A DNA stretch of 64,000 nt. Origin: a virus. The notes beneath the pieces were generated by a model, which saw only the letters and a list, made by a program, of their open reading frames with translations, had not been told where the DNA came from and ran no database searches. Made by a program: the position numbers and the translations under genes. Positions 1-9,300 of the stretch are shown piece after piece. Location of the stretch: IMG/VR virus record IMGVR_UViG_3300024324_000009, positions 1-64,000 of that record. One strand, given 5' to 3'. Position 1 is the first letter of the stretch. Every line of letters starts with the position of its first letter.

Positions 1-2456
1 GTGGTGAAGTTCCTTCTGCTAATCTTCCTTCTTATGTAGATGATGTACTAGAATATAATGGCACGGGTAATTTCCCTGCTGCTGGAGAAACAGGCAAGAT
101 TTATCTTGACACTAGTACAAACTTTTCTTATCGCTGGGGTGGAAGTTCTTATGTACAGATTGTAGACGGTAAGGCTACATGGGGTGGTATCGACGGTACT
201 CTGAGCAATCAGACAGACCTTAGTATGGCTCTACAAGCCAAGGCTGATGCAACTTACGCGAACCAAAATAGATCATGGATTAGTGCTAATACTACTAGTG
301 GTGTTGCTTTAGATGTTCGCGTCACAGCCAACGACACCGATATAGAAAACCTCAGTGGACTAGTAGAATTAAATGACACTGATATAACAAATCTTAGTGG
401 CTTGGTAGCAACGAACACTACAAATATTGGTAATAATACTGCTAGTGGTCTACAAAACCAAACTGACGTTGGCACTCTTAGTGGTCTTATAGATGACCTT
501 GAGGCAGTCAGCGGTGCAGAACAACAAATTAGTCACAGTTGGAATAATACAACAGCACAATTAGTAAGTACACTCACACCCGGAAACACAGCAGTTCAAC
601 AACTGTTTGAGGGTAAACTTTATGGTGACTCAACTGTAACATATTTAAGAAGTGATGTTGATTTGGGTATCGGTACTGTACCATCTGCTGCCCTTCATAT
701 AAAGGGTGAGTATGCAGATGATGGTTACTTGATGATAGAAGATACTAGTAGTGCTCTAAAAACAAAACTATATACAGGTAACACTACTAGCGTTCTTGCA
801 GTAGACGAAGATGATGCTGTTGCTGATTCTGCATTTGTAGTACAATTAGATGGTACGAACAAAATTACAGTCCAGCCTACTTCTATAACTCTCGCTAATG
901 CAACAGTCATAAATGCTTCCACAAATCAAGTCATAGTAGGTAATTCTGAGACAATATTCAATGAGGGTGGAGCAGATGTAGACTTTAGGGTCGAAGGCTT
1001 AACTGATAACAACTTGCTGTTGTGTGATGCAGGCAAGGATTCGGTTCTTATTGGAAACTCTACTGATGGAAGCGTTAATTCTAAATTGCATGTTTATGAG
1101 GTCAATAAAACAAATAGTACATATTCTAGAACCATTAACGTGCTAGGTAGGGCTTATTCTACTACTGATGGATCATACTATCATATAGGGATTAATAATA
1201 GAGCAGAAAAATACCTAAGTGATTCTGTTAATGACGCTGGTTATGTTATAGGTACGAACTGTGTCCCTGTACTATATGGTGACGGTACTAGTACAACTGT
1301 GGCAGAAATGACAGCCGTTAGAGCCAATATGTCAATAAACACAGTGGCTTCTGGTGTGACTGTAACAAACGCATATGATATCAAGTGTGTACCAAGCCTA
1401 GCAGGAACGGATAACGCTGTAACAAATCATTATGGATTGTTCCTACAGCAAGGAGCAGGAAGTGCCACTGTTACAAACAGATTTGGAGTATACCAGCAAG
1501 ACCCTGCTGCTCAGAATATATTCCTTGGCCCAGTAGGTTGCGGTGCTACCAATTTAGGCTCTAACGATCTCGTAGTTAACGGAACTAGTAAGTTTGACGG
1601 TCAAGTTGTTGTTAATGACAGAGTTTCTACTAAAGAATTATATGTTACTAATGATCCTTCTAGTACATCTTTACCTCTTGGCATAAGAACAGTTTTAGAA
1701 GACACCACCAGAGTTGAAACACTTAATGTCAATGCAGAATACACATTCCCGACTACAGATGGAACAACATCAGGTCAAGTACTTGTCACAGACGGTGCTG
1801 GCAATGTAGATTGGGAAGATCAAACGGGTGGTGGAACAACAAGTAATGTAGACAGAGCAACACTATCTCTCACAGCAGCACAACAAACATTTAGTGTTAG
1901 CAATGGATATGACACAGGTGCTATTGATGTTTACCTTAATGGTGTTAAACTTGCTGATAGCACAGACTTTACTGCAAGTAATGGTACTAGTTTTGTTCTA
2001 ACAGAAGCCGCTGCTTCTGGTGATGTCGTACAGTATACTACATACGATAGGCTTACTACTAACGGCCTAGTATCTGATAGTGGTGACACCATGACAGGTG
2101 ATCTTACTATCAATGCCAATCTTGCTGTTACTGGAACTATTGATAGTCCACAGGCTGCAAAGGCTTGGGTCAACTTTAATGCAGTCGGCACTCTTACTAA
2201 AAGAAACGACTATAATGTTACTAGCGTAACAGACAATGGTACTGGAGATTATACTGTTAATTTTGAAAATAGTTTACCTGATACTGACTATGCTGTATCC
2301 CATTCTGTTGGCAAAACAGAAAATGCCCTTTGGCATAGAGGCCGAGAAGATGTTACTGCTCGTACTGTGGATGCATATAGGTTTATCAGTGCTCGATTTA
2401 GTGATGGTCAACTTATTGATGCTGAATTTGTAAGCGTGATATTTTTCGGAGGCTAA
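1..2456 (+). CDS. Tail fibre protein, 5'-truncated by the window edge
   Basis: The frame of ORF 225..2456 is open back to nt 3 (GEVPSANLPSYVDDVLEY...FPAAGETGKIYLDTSTNFSYRWGGSSYVQI...WGGIDGTLSNQTDL), motifs typical of phage fibres, so ATG 225 is internal. It has a coiled xLSGL segment, a VYLNGV beta domain (1880-2046) and a C-terminal AKAWVNF...NVTSVTDNGTGDYTVNF tip domain. Chaperone-like genes follow. Confidence 0.8.
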   Translation, partial: GEVPSANLPSYVDDVLEYNGTGNFPAAGETGKIYLDTSTNFSYRWGGSSYVQIVDGKATWGGIDGTLSNQTDLSMALQAKADATYANQNRSWISANTTSGVALDVRVTANDTDIENLSGLVELNDTDITNLSGLVATNTTNIGNNTASGLQNQTDVGTLSGLIDDLEAVSGAEQQISHSWNNTTAQLVSTLTPGNTAVQQLFEGKLYGDSTVTYLRSDVDLGIGTVPSAALHIKGEYADDGYLMIEDTSSALKTKLYTGNTTSVLAVDEDDAVADSAFVVQLDGTNKITVQPTSITLANATVINASTNQVIVGNSETIFNEGGADVDFRVEGLTDNNLLLCDAGKDSVLIGNSTDGSVNSKLHVYEVNKTNSTYSRTINVLGRAYSTTDGSYYHIGINNRAEKYLSDSVNDAGYVIGTNCVPVLYGDGTSTTVAEMTAVRANMSINTVASGVTVTNAYDIKCVPSLAGTDNAVTNHYGLFLQQGAGSATVTNRFGVYQQDPAAQNIFLGPVGCGATNLGSNDLVVNGTSKFDGQVVVNDRVSTKELYVTNDPSSTSLPLGIRTVLEDTTRVETLNVNAEYTFPTTDGTTSGQVLVTDGAGNVDWEDQTGGGTTSNVDRATLSLTAAQQTFSVSNGYDTGAIDVYLNGVKLADSTDFTASNGTSFVLTEAAASGDVVQYTTYDRLTTNGLVSDSGDTMTGDLTINANLAVTGTIDSPQAAKAWVNFNAVGTLTKRNDYNVTSVTDNGTGDYTVNFENSLPDTDYAVSHSVGKTENALWHRGREDVTARTVDAYRFISARFSDGQLIDAEFVSVIFFGG

Positions 2457-2478
2457 CAAACACAAGAAAGGTTTAAAA

Positions 2479-2730
2479 ATGAATGAAAGAATAGTTTATC
2501 CAAATGATGAGGGTGGAATAGCAGTAATCGTACCTGCTAACAACACCAAACTTACTGTTGCAGATATTGCATTGAAAGATGTACCTGCTGGAGTAAAATT
2601 TAAAGTAATAGACGTTTCCGATATTCCTACAGACAGGACATTTCGAAACGCATGGGAATTTGACTTCACCAACGACTTCGATGGCGAAGGAATGGGTGCA
2701 GAAGCATTTAACGCAACAAGAGGTAACTAA
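2479..2730 (+). CDS. Putative tail fibre assembly chaperone (N-terminal-half type)
   Basis: RIVYPNDEGGIAVIVP...KDVPAG...DIPTDRTFRNAW pattern, typically found right after fibres carrying the AKAWVNF tip domain; AAGG RBS upstream. Confidence 0.65.
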   Translation: MNERIVYPNDEGGIAVIVPANNTKLTVADIALKDVPAGVKFKVIDVSDIPTDRTFRNAWEFDFTNDFDGEGMGAEAFNATRGN

Positions 2731-2732
2731 AG

Positions 2733-3338
2733 ATGATTAATATTAATATGGACAAGGCAAAAAATATCTGGAGAGACAAAGTTCGGGCAGAGAGAGCACC
2801 TTATTTTGAGCAACTAGATGTTGACTACCTCAAGGCCACTGAATCACAAAATGTGGTTGTCAAAGCTCACATTGAAACCAAGAAGCAACAACTTCGTGAT
2901 GCTCCAGAAGACAGTAGAATTGAATCAGCAACTACTCCTGAAGAACTCAAGGCTGTAGATGTTGTTGAAGAGATTATGTACATTTCTGATTTAGATCAAG
3001 CAAAACTAGATAAACTTTCTGATATAGATGAAGAATGGAAAGTTATTCTTAATGCAGGTTTCCAAACCCCTGAAGGCTGGAGCCTTGGAATTAGCACAGA
3101 TGACGTAGCACTTCTTAATGGTGCTTACTCACTTGCTAAAGAGGCTACTGCACTAGGAAGCACAGACCCAGTTGTTATTGTTGATATTGCAGGAGAAGCC
3201 CATTCATTATCCCTTGAAGAGATGACACCTATTATGCTGGCTTATGGTTCTTCACGATCAACACTTAGTGCTGGTGATGCTGCTAAACGTAAATTGGTAA
3301 GAGACGCAACCACAGTGGAAGAGGTAGAGGCTGTTTAA
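2733..3338 (+). CDS. Putative tail fibre assembly chaperone with DUF4376-like C-terminal half
   Basis: INMDKAK...RAERAP...LDV...KQQLRDAP resembles phage tail-assembly chaperones; the second half ends ATTVEEVEAV, as DUF4376-type proteins do. Confidence 0.6.
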   Translation: MININMDKAKNIWRDKVRAERAPYFEQLDVDYLKATESQNVVVKAHIETKKQQLRDAPEDSRIESATTPEELKAVDVVEEIMYISDLDQAKLDKLSDIDEEWKVILNAGFQTPEGWSLGISTDDVALLNGAYSLAKEATALGSTDPVVIVDIAGEAHSLSLEEMTPIMLAYGSSRSTLSAGDAAKRKLVRDATTVEEVEAV

Positions 3339-3526
3339 TGGCTTATAAACTACAAAAAGTTGGAGACGATTTTAAACTGCTTAAACGCGGAGACAACTAT
3401 GTTGTGCACAATGATGGTTCATCAGGTGTTAGCAACTCAGGTGGCGGAAACTCAGGCGGCGGAAACTCAGGCGGTGGAAACTCAGGTGGTGGAAACTCAG
3501 GCGGCGGAAACTCAGGCGGTGGCTAA
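3338..3526 (+). CDS. Small Gly/Ser-rich protein with (NSGGG)6 tail
   Basis: TAATG coupling to the upstream gene and a GAGG RBS; repeat variation is synonymous in this frame only. Confidence 0.65.
   Translation: MAYKLQKVGDDFKLLKRGDNYVVHNDGSSGVSNSGGGNSGGGNSGGGNSGGGNSGGGNSGGG
3434..3523 (+). repeat. 15-bp tandem repeat x6 (AACTCAGGYGGYGGM)
   Basis: Six consecutive units read directly from the sequence. Confidence 0.95.
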
Positions 3527-3614
3527 TCACGATCTATATCCTCAGATACTACTATACCATATACTCCTAATTACAGTTTTAAATATAACAATACATTAAC
3601 TGGAGAACTAGAAA

Positions 3615-3977
3615 ATGACCAAATCAAGAGACATAAGTGAGATGAAAGACAGTCAAGTTGCTAAGGCTTGGTGTTACTTTGGCGGTGGTACTTATAATTC
3701 GGTAAATCCTTATATCGTCAGGTCTTTCAATGTTAGTAGTGTAACTGATGCTTCAACTTCAACTGCTGGTGGTCAATATACTGTTAATTTTGAAAATAAC
3801 ATGGAATCTGTTGGTTACGTTGTTTCAACATCTGCTGGTATTAATACCGCAGGTTCTGTATCTTCAGTTTGGGCCAATACTAAAAGTATAAGCAGTGTTG
3901 ATCTTCATGGATTAGCAAATTATGGCAACATAGCCTATGAGGACATGGGCTCTATAAACTTTGTAGTTTTCGAGTAA
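3615..3977 (+). CDS. Free-standing fibre-tip-domain protein 1
   Basis: MTKSRDISEMKDSQVAKAW...FNVSSVTD...YTVNF; paralogue of the C-terminal domain of the fibre ending at 2456; GGAG RBS. Confidence 0.75.
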   Translation: MTKSRDISEMKDSQVAKAWCYFGGGTYNSVNPYIVRSFNVSSVTDASTSTAGGQYTVNFENNMESVGYVVSTSAGINTAGSVSSVWANTKSISSVDLHGLANYGNIAYEDMGSINFVVFE

Positions 3978-3986
3978 GAAAAAAAA

Positions 3987-4361
3987 ATGAGTAACGCAAG
4001 AAACATAAGTGAGATGAAAGAAAGTCAAGTTGCTAAGGCTTGGGTTAATTTTGATGGAGAGTTTGCAACTTCCCCTTTTACTGAAGCCAATGGAGGAATT
4101 AGAGATTCATTTAATGTAACCAGTATTACAGACAGAGGAACTGGAAGATATACGGTTAATTTGACTAGTGCTATGGCTAGTGCTGATTATGCAGTATCGG
4201 CTTTATGTGGAAATGGCGATGGATCAAACATAGGTACTACTACTTCCGTTGCTAATGAGACAGTTCTTACGAGCAGTGCTTTTGGAATAAGAGTAAGTCA
4301 GGGAAACGCTGCTATTGATAAAGTTTTTGTAAGTTTAATATTTTTCGGAGAATCATCATGA
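3987..4361 (+). CDS. Free-standing fibre-tip-domain protein 2
   Basis: MSNARNISEMKESQVAKAWVNFDG...FNVTSITDRGTGRYTVN...VSLIFFG. Confidence 0.75.
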   Translation: MSNARNISEMKESQVAKAWVNFDGEFATSPFTEANGGIRDSFNVTSITDRGTGRYTVNLTSAMASADYAVSALCGNGDGSNIGTTTSVANETVLTSSAFGIRVSQGNAAIDKVFVSLIFFGESS

Positions 4362-4702
4362 GCAACGCAAGAAACATCTGTGATATGAAAGAAGGTCAAG
4401 TCTCCAAGGCTTGGGTTTCCTTTAAGGGAACAGGAACTGTTACCGTCAACAATGATCACAATGTGACAAGTGTAACCGATGCTGGTACTGGAGCCTATGT
4501 TATTAATTATACTAGTGCTTTCTCAGACACTAAATATTGTTTTACTCTTTTTGGTCGAGACCCAGATAACACTGCTAATGTAGTCAACAACGCAGGGTGT
4601 AAAGCAAGTGATACTAAATCAACAACTCAACTTACAGTAAGATATACATATAACTCTGCAAATTTAGACTGCCCTGAATTAAACTTTGTTGCATTTGACT
4701 AA
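4358..4702 (+). CDS. Free-standing fibre-tip-domain protein 3
   Basis: MSNARNICDMKEGQVSKAWVSFKG...HNVTSVTDAGTGAYVIN; ATGA overlap with the upstream gene. Confidence 0.75.
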   Translation: MSNARNICDMKEGQVSKAWVSFKGTGTVTVNNDHNVTSVTDAGTGAYVINYTSAFSDTKYCFTLFGRDPDNTANVVNNAGCKASDTKSTTQLTVRYTYNSANLDCPELNFVAFD

Positions 4703-4722
4703 CAAAACATAGAAAGAAAAAA

Positions 4723-5286
4723 ATGAGCAATAATTTTACATACAGAAATTCACTACTAGGGACAGTTCTTAATACTTCTGATGATCAGATAGTAATGTCT
4801 GGTGTGTCACAGTCTTCTGGTCCAGACGCTTGCATATATAATAGTGGACAGTTTGTTATCTCTAATGGTTCATTTGAGACAAAGGGAGATGCACAAAGAA
4901 GTGAATATGTTCTAAAAAAAGAAACAATCAATGGCAACTGGCAAGACTTACAGCTTTATGATGGAGTCAGTGGAGTAAGTGGGATATATTTACAGACTAA
5001 TAAAACCTATGGTTTTAATTTTAGAGTTGTAGCAAGAGGAGTTAGTCAATTAGACAATGCTGCCTATGAGATAGAAGGAGTCTTAAATAATACTTCAGGA
5101 ACTTCTACTATACTAACTAGTAGTAAAAATATTATTATGGAAGAATCTGGTGCAACTAACTGGGATATAGAAGTAAGAACTACGGGGATTGATGACGCTA
5201 AATATCTACAAGTTATGGTAAAAGGTGAAACAGCTATAAACATTAACTGGAGTGCTTACGCATCTATTGTGGAAGTAGGAGGATAA
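4723..5286 (+). CDS. Putative virion structural/fibre-associated beta protein
   Basis: GDAQ...F.FRVVAR...LQVMVKG...INWSA domain shared with the next gene and with two large fibres; SG-rich. Confidence 0.55.
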   Translation: MSNNFTYRNSLLGTVLNTSDDQIVMSGVSQSSGPDACIYNSGQFVISNGSFETKGDAQRSEYVLKKETINGNWQDLQLYDGVSGVSGIYLQTNKTYGFNFRVVARGVSQLDNAAYEIEGVLNNTSGTSTILTSSKNIIMEESGATNWDIEVRTTGIDDAKYLQVMVKGETAININWSAYASIVEVGG

Positions 5287-5287
5287 T

Positions 5288-6262
5288 ATGTCAACAGACG
5301 CTTATAACTTCTCTATACTAGGTTGTAGTATACAAGTATCTGGAAATAATTTAATATATGATGAAGAGGCTATACTTGCAGGACACGGAGGAACACTAGC
5401 TGCTGTTAGTGGTTTTACAATTTCTAACGGCCCTGTACATATTTTTGGTGACGATGATGACACGATGGTTAGAAAGTACTCTCTTATAACACAAACATCA
5501 GGAAGCCAAGTTTCTGAATTTAGACTTGATTACCCTAATGGTCTTTCAGGCGTACCGTTGAGAGAGGAACATACATATATATTTGATGCAACTATAGTAG
5601 CTAAAACTCAAGATTCACAGACACCTAATGACTGTGCAATGTTTAAAGTAAAAGGATTATTAGTAGACGATGCCTTGGGCTTAGAAGTGGTAGAGCCTTA
5701 CACAATAGATAGTATATTTAGGTTTTCATCTAGCCTAGGAGTCAGTGCGACAGGAATAAAACAAGATGATAAAGAACTGCTACAGATTAACGTGACAGGT
5801 ATAGCAGGTAAAAATATAAATTGGGTAGCAGGACTAGACTTAGTAGAAATAGGAGGCACAACACAAAGCCCATACGGTAGAGGCCGAACAAGCCTTGACG
5901 CACACAACAATTATGATGTCGGAGAATACTGTATCATAATTAGACAACCAAACAACTTTGTAGAATCTAGCGGCACAGATGTTTCATTCTTCTGTAGCGG
6001 CATCACCAATAGTGGAGATGTCACCTATCAATGGCAGTACCGATATAATGGAGACCCCGATGAAGAGACAGAATTTAAGACCATAGTTGGTGCTACCGGA
6101 CTCACATACGAACCTCCAGAATCTGCGACTTCACAACTCTTTATTCCAACTAGTTCGCCAAGTGGTCATTCTACAGCCTATCCTAATGAGTTTAAATGTA
6201 TAGTTTCTAGCACGAATGGAGAAATTGCCACAAGTAGACCTGTTACTTGGATGTACCTATAG
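5288..6262 (+). CDS. Putative virion protein, paralogue of the upstream gene plus a C-terminal Ig-like domain
   Basis: LLQINVTG...NINWVAGLDLVEIGG matches the upstream gene; the C-terminus IIRQP...FFC...TYQWQ...IVGAT...FKCIVS fits an Ig-like fold. Confidence 0.6.
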   Translation: MSTDAYNFSILGCSIQVSGNNLIYDEEAILAGHGGTLAAVSGFTISNGPVHIFGDDDDTMVRKYSLITQTSGSQVSEFRLDYPNGLSGVPLREEHTYIFDATIVAKTQDSQTPNDCAMFKVKGLLVDDALGLEVVEPYTIDSIFRFSSSLGVSATGIKQDDKELLQINVTGIAGKNINWVAGLDLVEIGGTTQSPYGRGRTSLDAHNNYDVGEYCIIIRQPNNFVESSGTDVSFFCSGITNSGDVTYQWQYRYNGDPDEETEFKTIVGATGLTYEPPESATSQLFIPTSSPSGHSTAYPNEFKCIVSSTNGEIATSRPVTWMYL

Positions 6263-6270
6263 CAGTCTGT

Positions 6271-6278
6271 GGTGTATA
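6271..6278 (+). promoter_or_regulatory. GGTGTATA motif, candidate late promoter
   Basis: Intergenic, about 50 nt upstream of ATG 6330; recurs upstream of other structural genes. Confidence 0.4.
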
Positions 6279-6329
6279 AAGAGTTAATATCATTTGTACA
6301 CTTTTAACTTTTAAAGAAGGTTTTATAAA

Positions 6330-9300
6330 ATGGCCGTTTATAAACTAATCAAATTAAAAAGAGACTATACTGCTAATTGGACTTTACTAAACCCTATTTT
6401 GAGTTTAGGAGAACCGGGATACGAAAGAGATACAGGCAAACTTAAAATTGGTGATGGTGTAACACCTTGGGTTGATCTAGACTATATAAAAGTGGACATG
6501 GATGATGTAGTTATAGACCCAGATGATTTAGCAGATGTTCTTAATAATGTGCTGCAAGGTGGTTTCGGCATAGATATCATTTATTCTGATCCTTCAGACA
6601 CTATACTCATTAGAACAACAGGGCTAGCCACCCAATCAGACTTTATTGCTTTATCTGGAGATGTAGCCAATTTAGATTCTGCATTAATTTTTAGAGGAAT
6701 CACAGACCCAACACAACTTAATTCTGCTCCAACTGATCCTGTTCCTGACAATGGAGATATGTGGATAAGTAATGCATCAGGTCAGATAGATGGTTCATGG
6801 GTAAATCTTTCTGGTCAAGACATTGTGGTTGATCAGTTTATGCTCTATGAGGAAGACGCTAACGGCTGGGTTCTCGGTGGCAATGCAGTAGGTGTTGATC
6901 TAAGCGATTATGCTACCAAAGCAGAACTTAACAACCTACAGTATCAGGTGAATCAAAACTCAAACAATATTTCTGTCAATTATTTAGACATACAGCAGAA
7001 CATAGTTGATATTATAAATCTTAAAAATTCTACAAACAATCAACAAACACAAATAGACGCACTCATACAAGCAACTGGTCATATTCACGATCAAGACATA
7101 TATCAAATTTTTAATGACCTTATCATTCTTCAAGACAATTATACAGCACTTTCAGGATATAGCGACGCAAGAGACGATTCATTACAACAACAAATCAATG
7201 CAATATCTGGAGCGATCCCACCAGAAGTAGACCTGTCAGTAATTAGTGGTTATATTGCGGCGAATACAGCAAGCGGTGTTGTAGTTTTAGGAAAAGCAGA
7301 TCAAAACAGTGACGATATTGCAACACTTAGTGGTCTTATAGACGGTGGACTAGACTTTAAGGGCTACATCAATCCTACTGTAACAGGCTCGGCCCCTTCC
7401 TTGCCGACTAATGGTGATCTTTGGATTAGTGATACTAGCGGAGTTATAGACAATGGCTGGACATGCATAGCAGGTCAAGATGTTGGTGTTAATCAGTGGA
7501 TGATTTATTCTGATGATGATACCTGTTGGCAACTTGGTCCAGCAACAGATATTGACCTTAGTGCTTATGCTCTAAAGACTGAACTTAATACCGTTAGTGG
7601 TCTTGTAGATCAAAATGCTACTGATATTATTACTATTAGCGGGTTGGTTGGTAGCGGTATACCTTCAGGTCTTGTGGAATACAGCACGGGTCTAGCCATA
7701 CGACACGGCAGCACTGAAGTTAGTGTTAATGAAGTTAGTGGCAATAGTGTCATTGATCTTACTAATTGGAAAATTAAAGATGGACATTTTATTCCAAACA
7801 GTAATGCGTCATTTGATCTTGGTAATGCAGAATATAAAGTTCGTCACCTGTTTTTGTCTGATAACAGTATATACATGGGTGAAGGCAATCTGAGTGCGAC
7901 TAGCGGTAGCACTGTTCTTTTATGGAATGGCGAACCTCTTGCAAAGATAACAGATATTAATACTATTATTAGTGGTGAGTTAGCCGAACAAAAACTTTTA
8001 GATTTACAAGATGTAACTTCTGACGGCCCAGTAGAACAGTACGCCGTTCCTGTTTATAATCAAGGGACTAGTGAATACAAGGTTAAAAGACTGACCCCGT
8101 TGGAAGTCGAAGACACTTCAACACCACCGCTAGATGGATATCCTGCTGGAAGTTTAGGAAATGAACTACAAGACATTAAGGGAGACATTCAATCTAATAC
8201 TATCCTTATTAGTGGTATCGCTGAAGATATTGTAGAAATACCAGATGCAGTTATATTCAAGGGTGTTACTGATCCTACAGTTAGTGGCTCTGCACCTGCT
8301 GGCCCCGACAATGGAGATATGTGGGTTAGTAATAATAGCGGACTTATTGATGGTAGTTGGACAGGTCTAAGCGGAGAAGATGTATTAGAAAATCAATTCT
8401 TGCTTTACTCTACAGGATTAAACGTATGGTTGAGGGGTGGTAAGATTGATGTAAGCGATCTTTCTGATCAATATCTACCTCTTACGGGTAATTTAAATCC
8501 CAACGATCAAAAACTAGATGCAGTAGCATTTACTAGTAATGTTGTGACAACAAGTATAAGTGGTTTATATCCTTCGTCCAGATATATAGGCAATTTAACT
8601 TACATAAATCATCCAAACCAGCCTCTACCTGTAGCAGCACAAGTTTACGGTCCTTCAGAATTTAATGTAAACCGTTCAGACTACAGCCGAGATTGGAAAG
8701 ACGGTATAGATTATGGTTTTGATTGTGTCAGCATACTGTATGAGAATGAGGATATTCCTGAAGCAGGTTATTCTTGGAGTATTAAGGTTGGCCCTCCATC
8801 AAAATATTTTCCTAGTGGAATAGCAAACAATGGAAAGCCTTATCAACAAAACAGATATCGTGATCCAAATCCTAAAGGCTGGAATCCTGCTTTTCTTGCA
8901 CAAAGAGCAGCAATTAGAGGACAAGGTGCTTTTGAATTTCGTCCATATGTGACGACGGCAAGTCAGGATATGACGACTGCTCCTTACCAAGTAGGTTTCA
9001 GGTCTTGTCCACAAAATGATATAGAGTTTTACAAAGTATACGCGAACGAGCCGAGTGCAACTCCAACCTATATAGGTTTTCATTCTGATCCTAGACAACA
9101 AGTTTTTGATAATGGCCCGATTGGTAGTTCTACAAAAGGTTATGCTTTGCATATCGATTTTCGGGCAGGCTCGGATTACGAATTATTCCAAGGAACAGGT
9201 CACGGAAGAGTTTATGGCTTTTTTGCTGATATGTTAAACAAAGGAGGAGCAAATGTTGCAGGCTTTATTGAAAGAGGTGCAGAGTTTAATCAGTTGCAGG

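Larger units (their letters stand above)
3615..4414 (+). repeat. Three dispersed ~57-bp direct repeats (3615-3671, 3987-4043, 4358-4414) ending in AAGGCTTGG
   Basis: The 5' ends of the three tip genes align at DNA level; copies 1 and 2 share ACATAAGTGAGATGAAAGAnAGTCAAGTTGCTAAGGCTTGG. Confidence 0.9.

Noticed and set aside
3434-3523. Possible CRISPR-like array
   Set aside because: The units are contiguous 15-mers with no spacers; it is a coding tandem repeat.
3360-3599. Alternative ORF reading the 15-bp repeat as (V/A)(A/V)ETQ
   Set aside because: Repeat variation is non-synonymous in this frame and synonymous in the NSGGG frame; it has a TTG start and no coupling to the upstream gene.
2160-4702. 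Invertase-driven shufflon
   Set aside because: All tip copies are in direct orientation, I saw no inverted crossover sites, and there is no recombinase gene in the window.
6330-6500. Mtd_N-like domains (here and ~34860) suggesting a diversity-generating retroelement
   Set aside because: Mtd_N is a generic fibre anchoring domain. I saw no reverse transcriptase and no template/variable repeat pair differing at adenines in this window.
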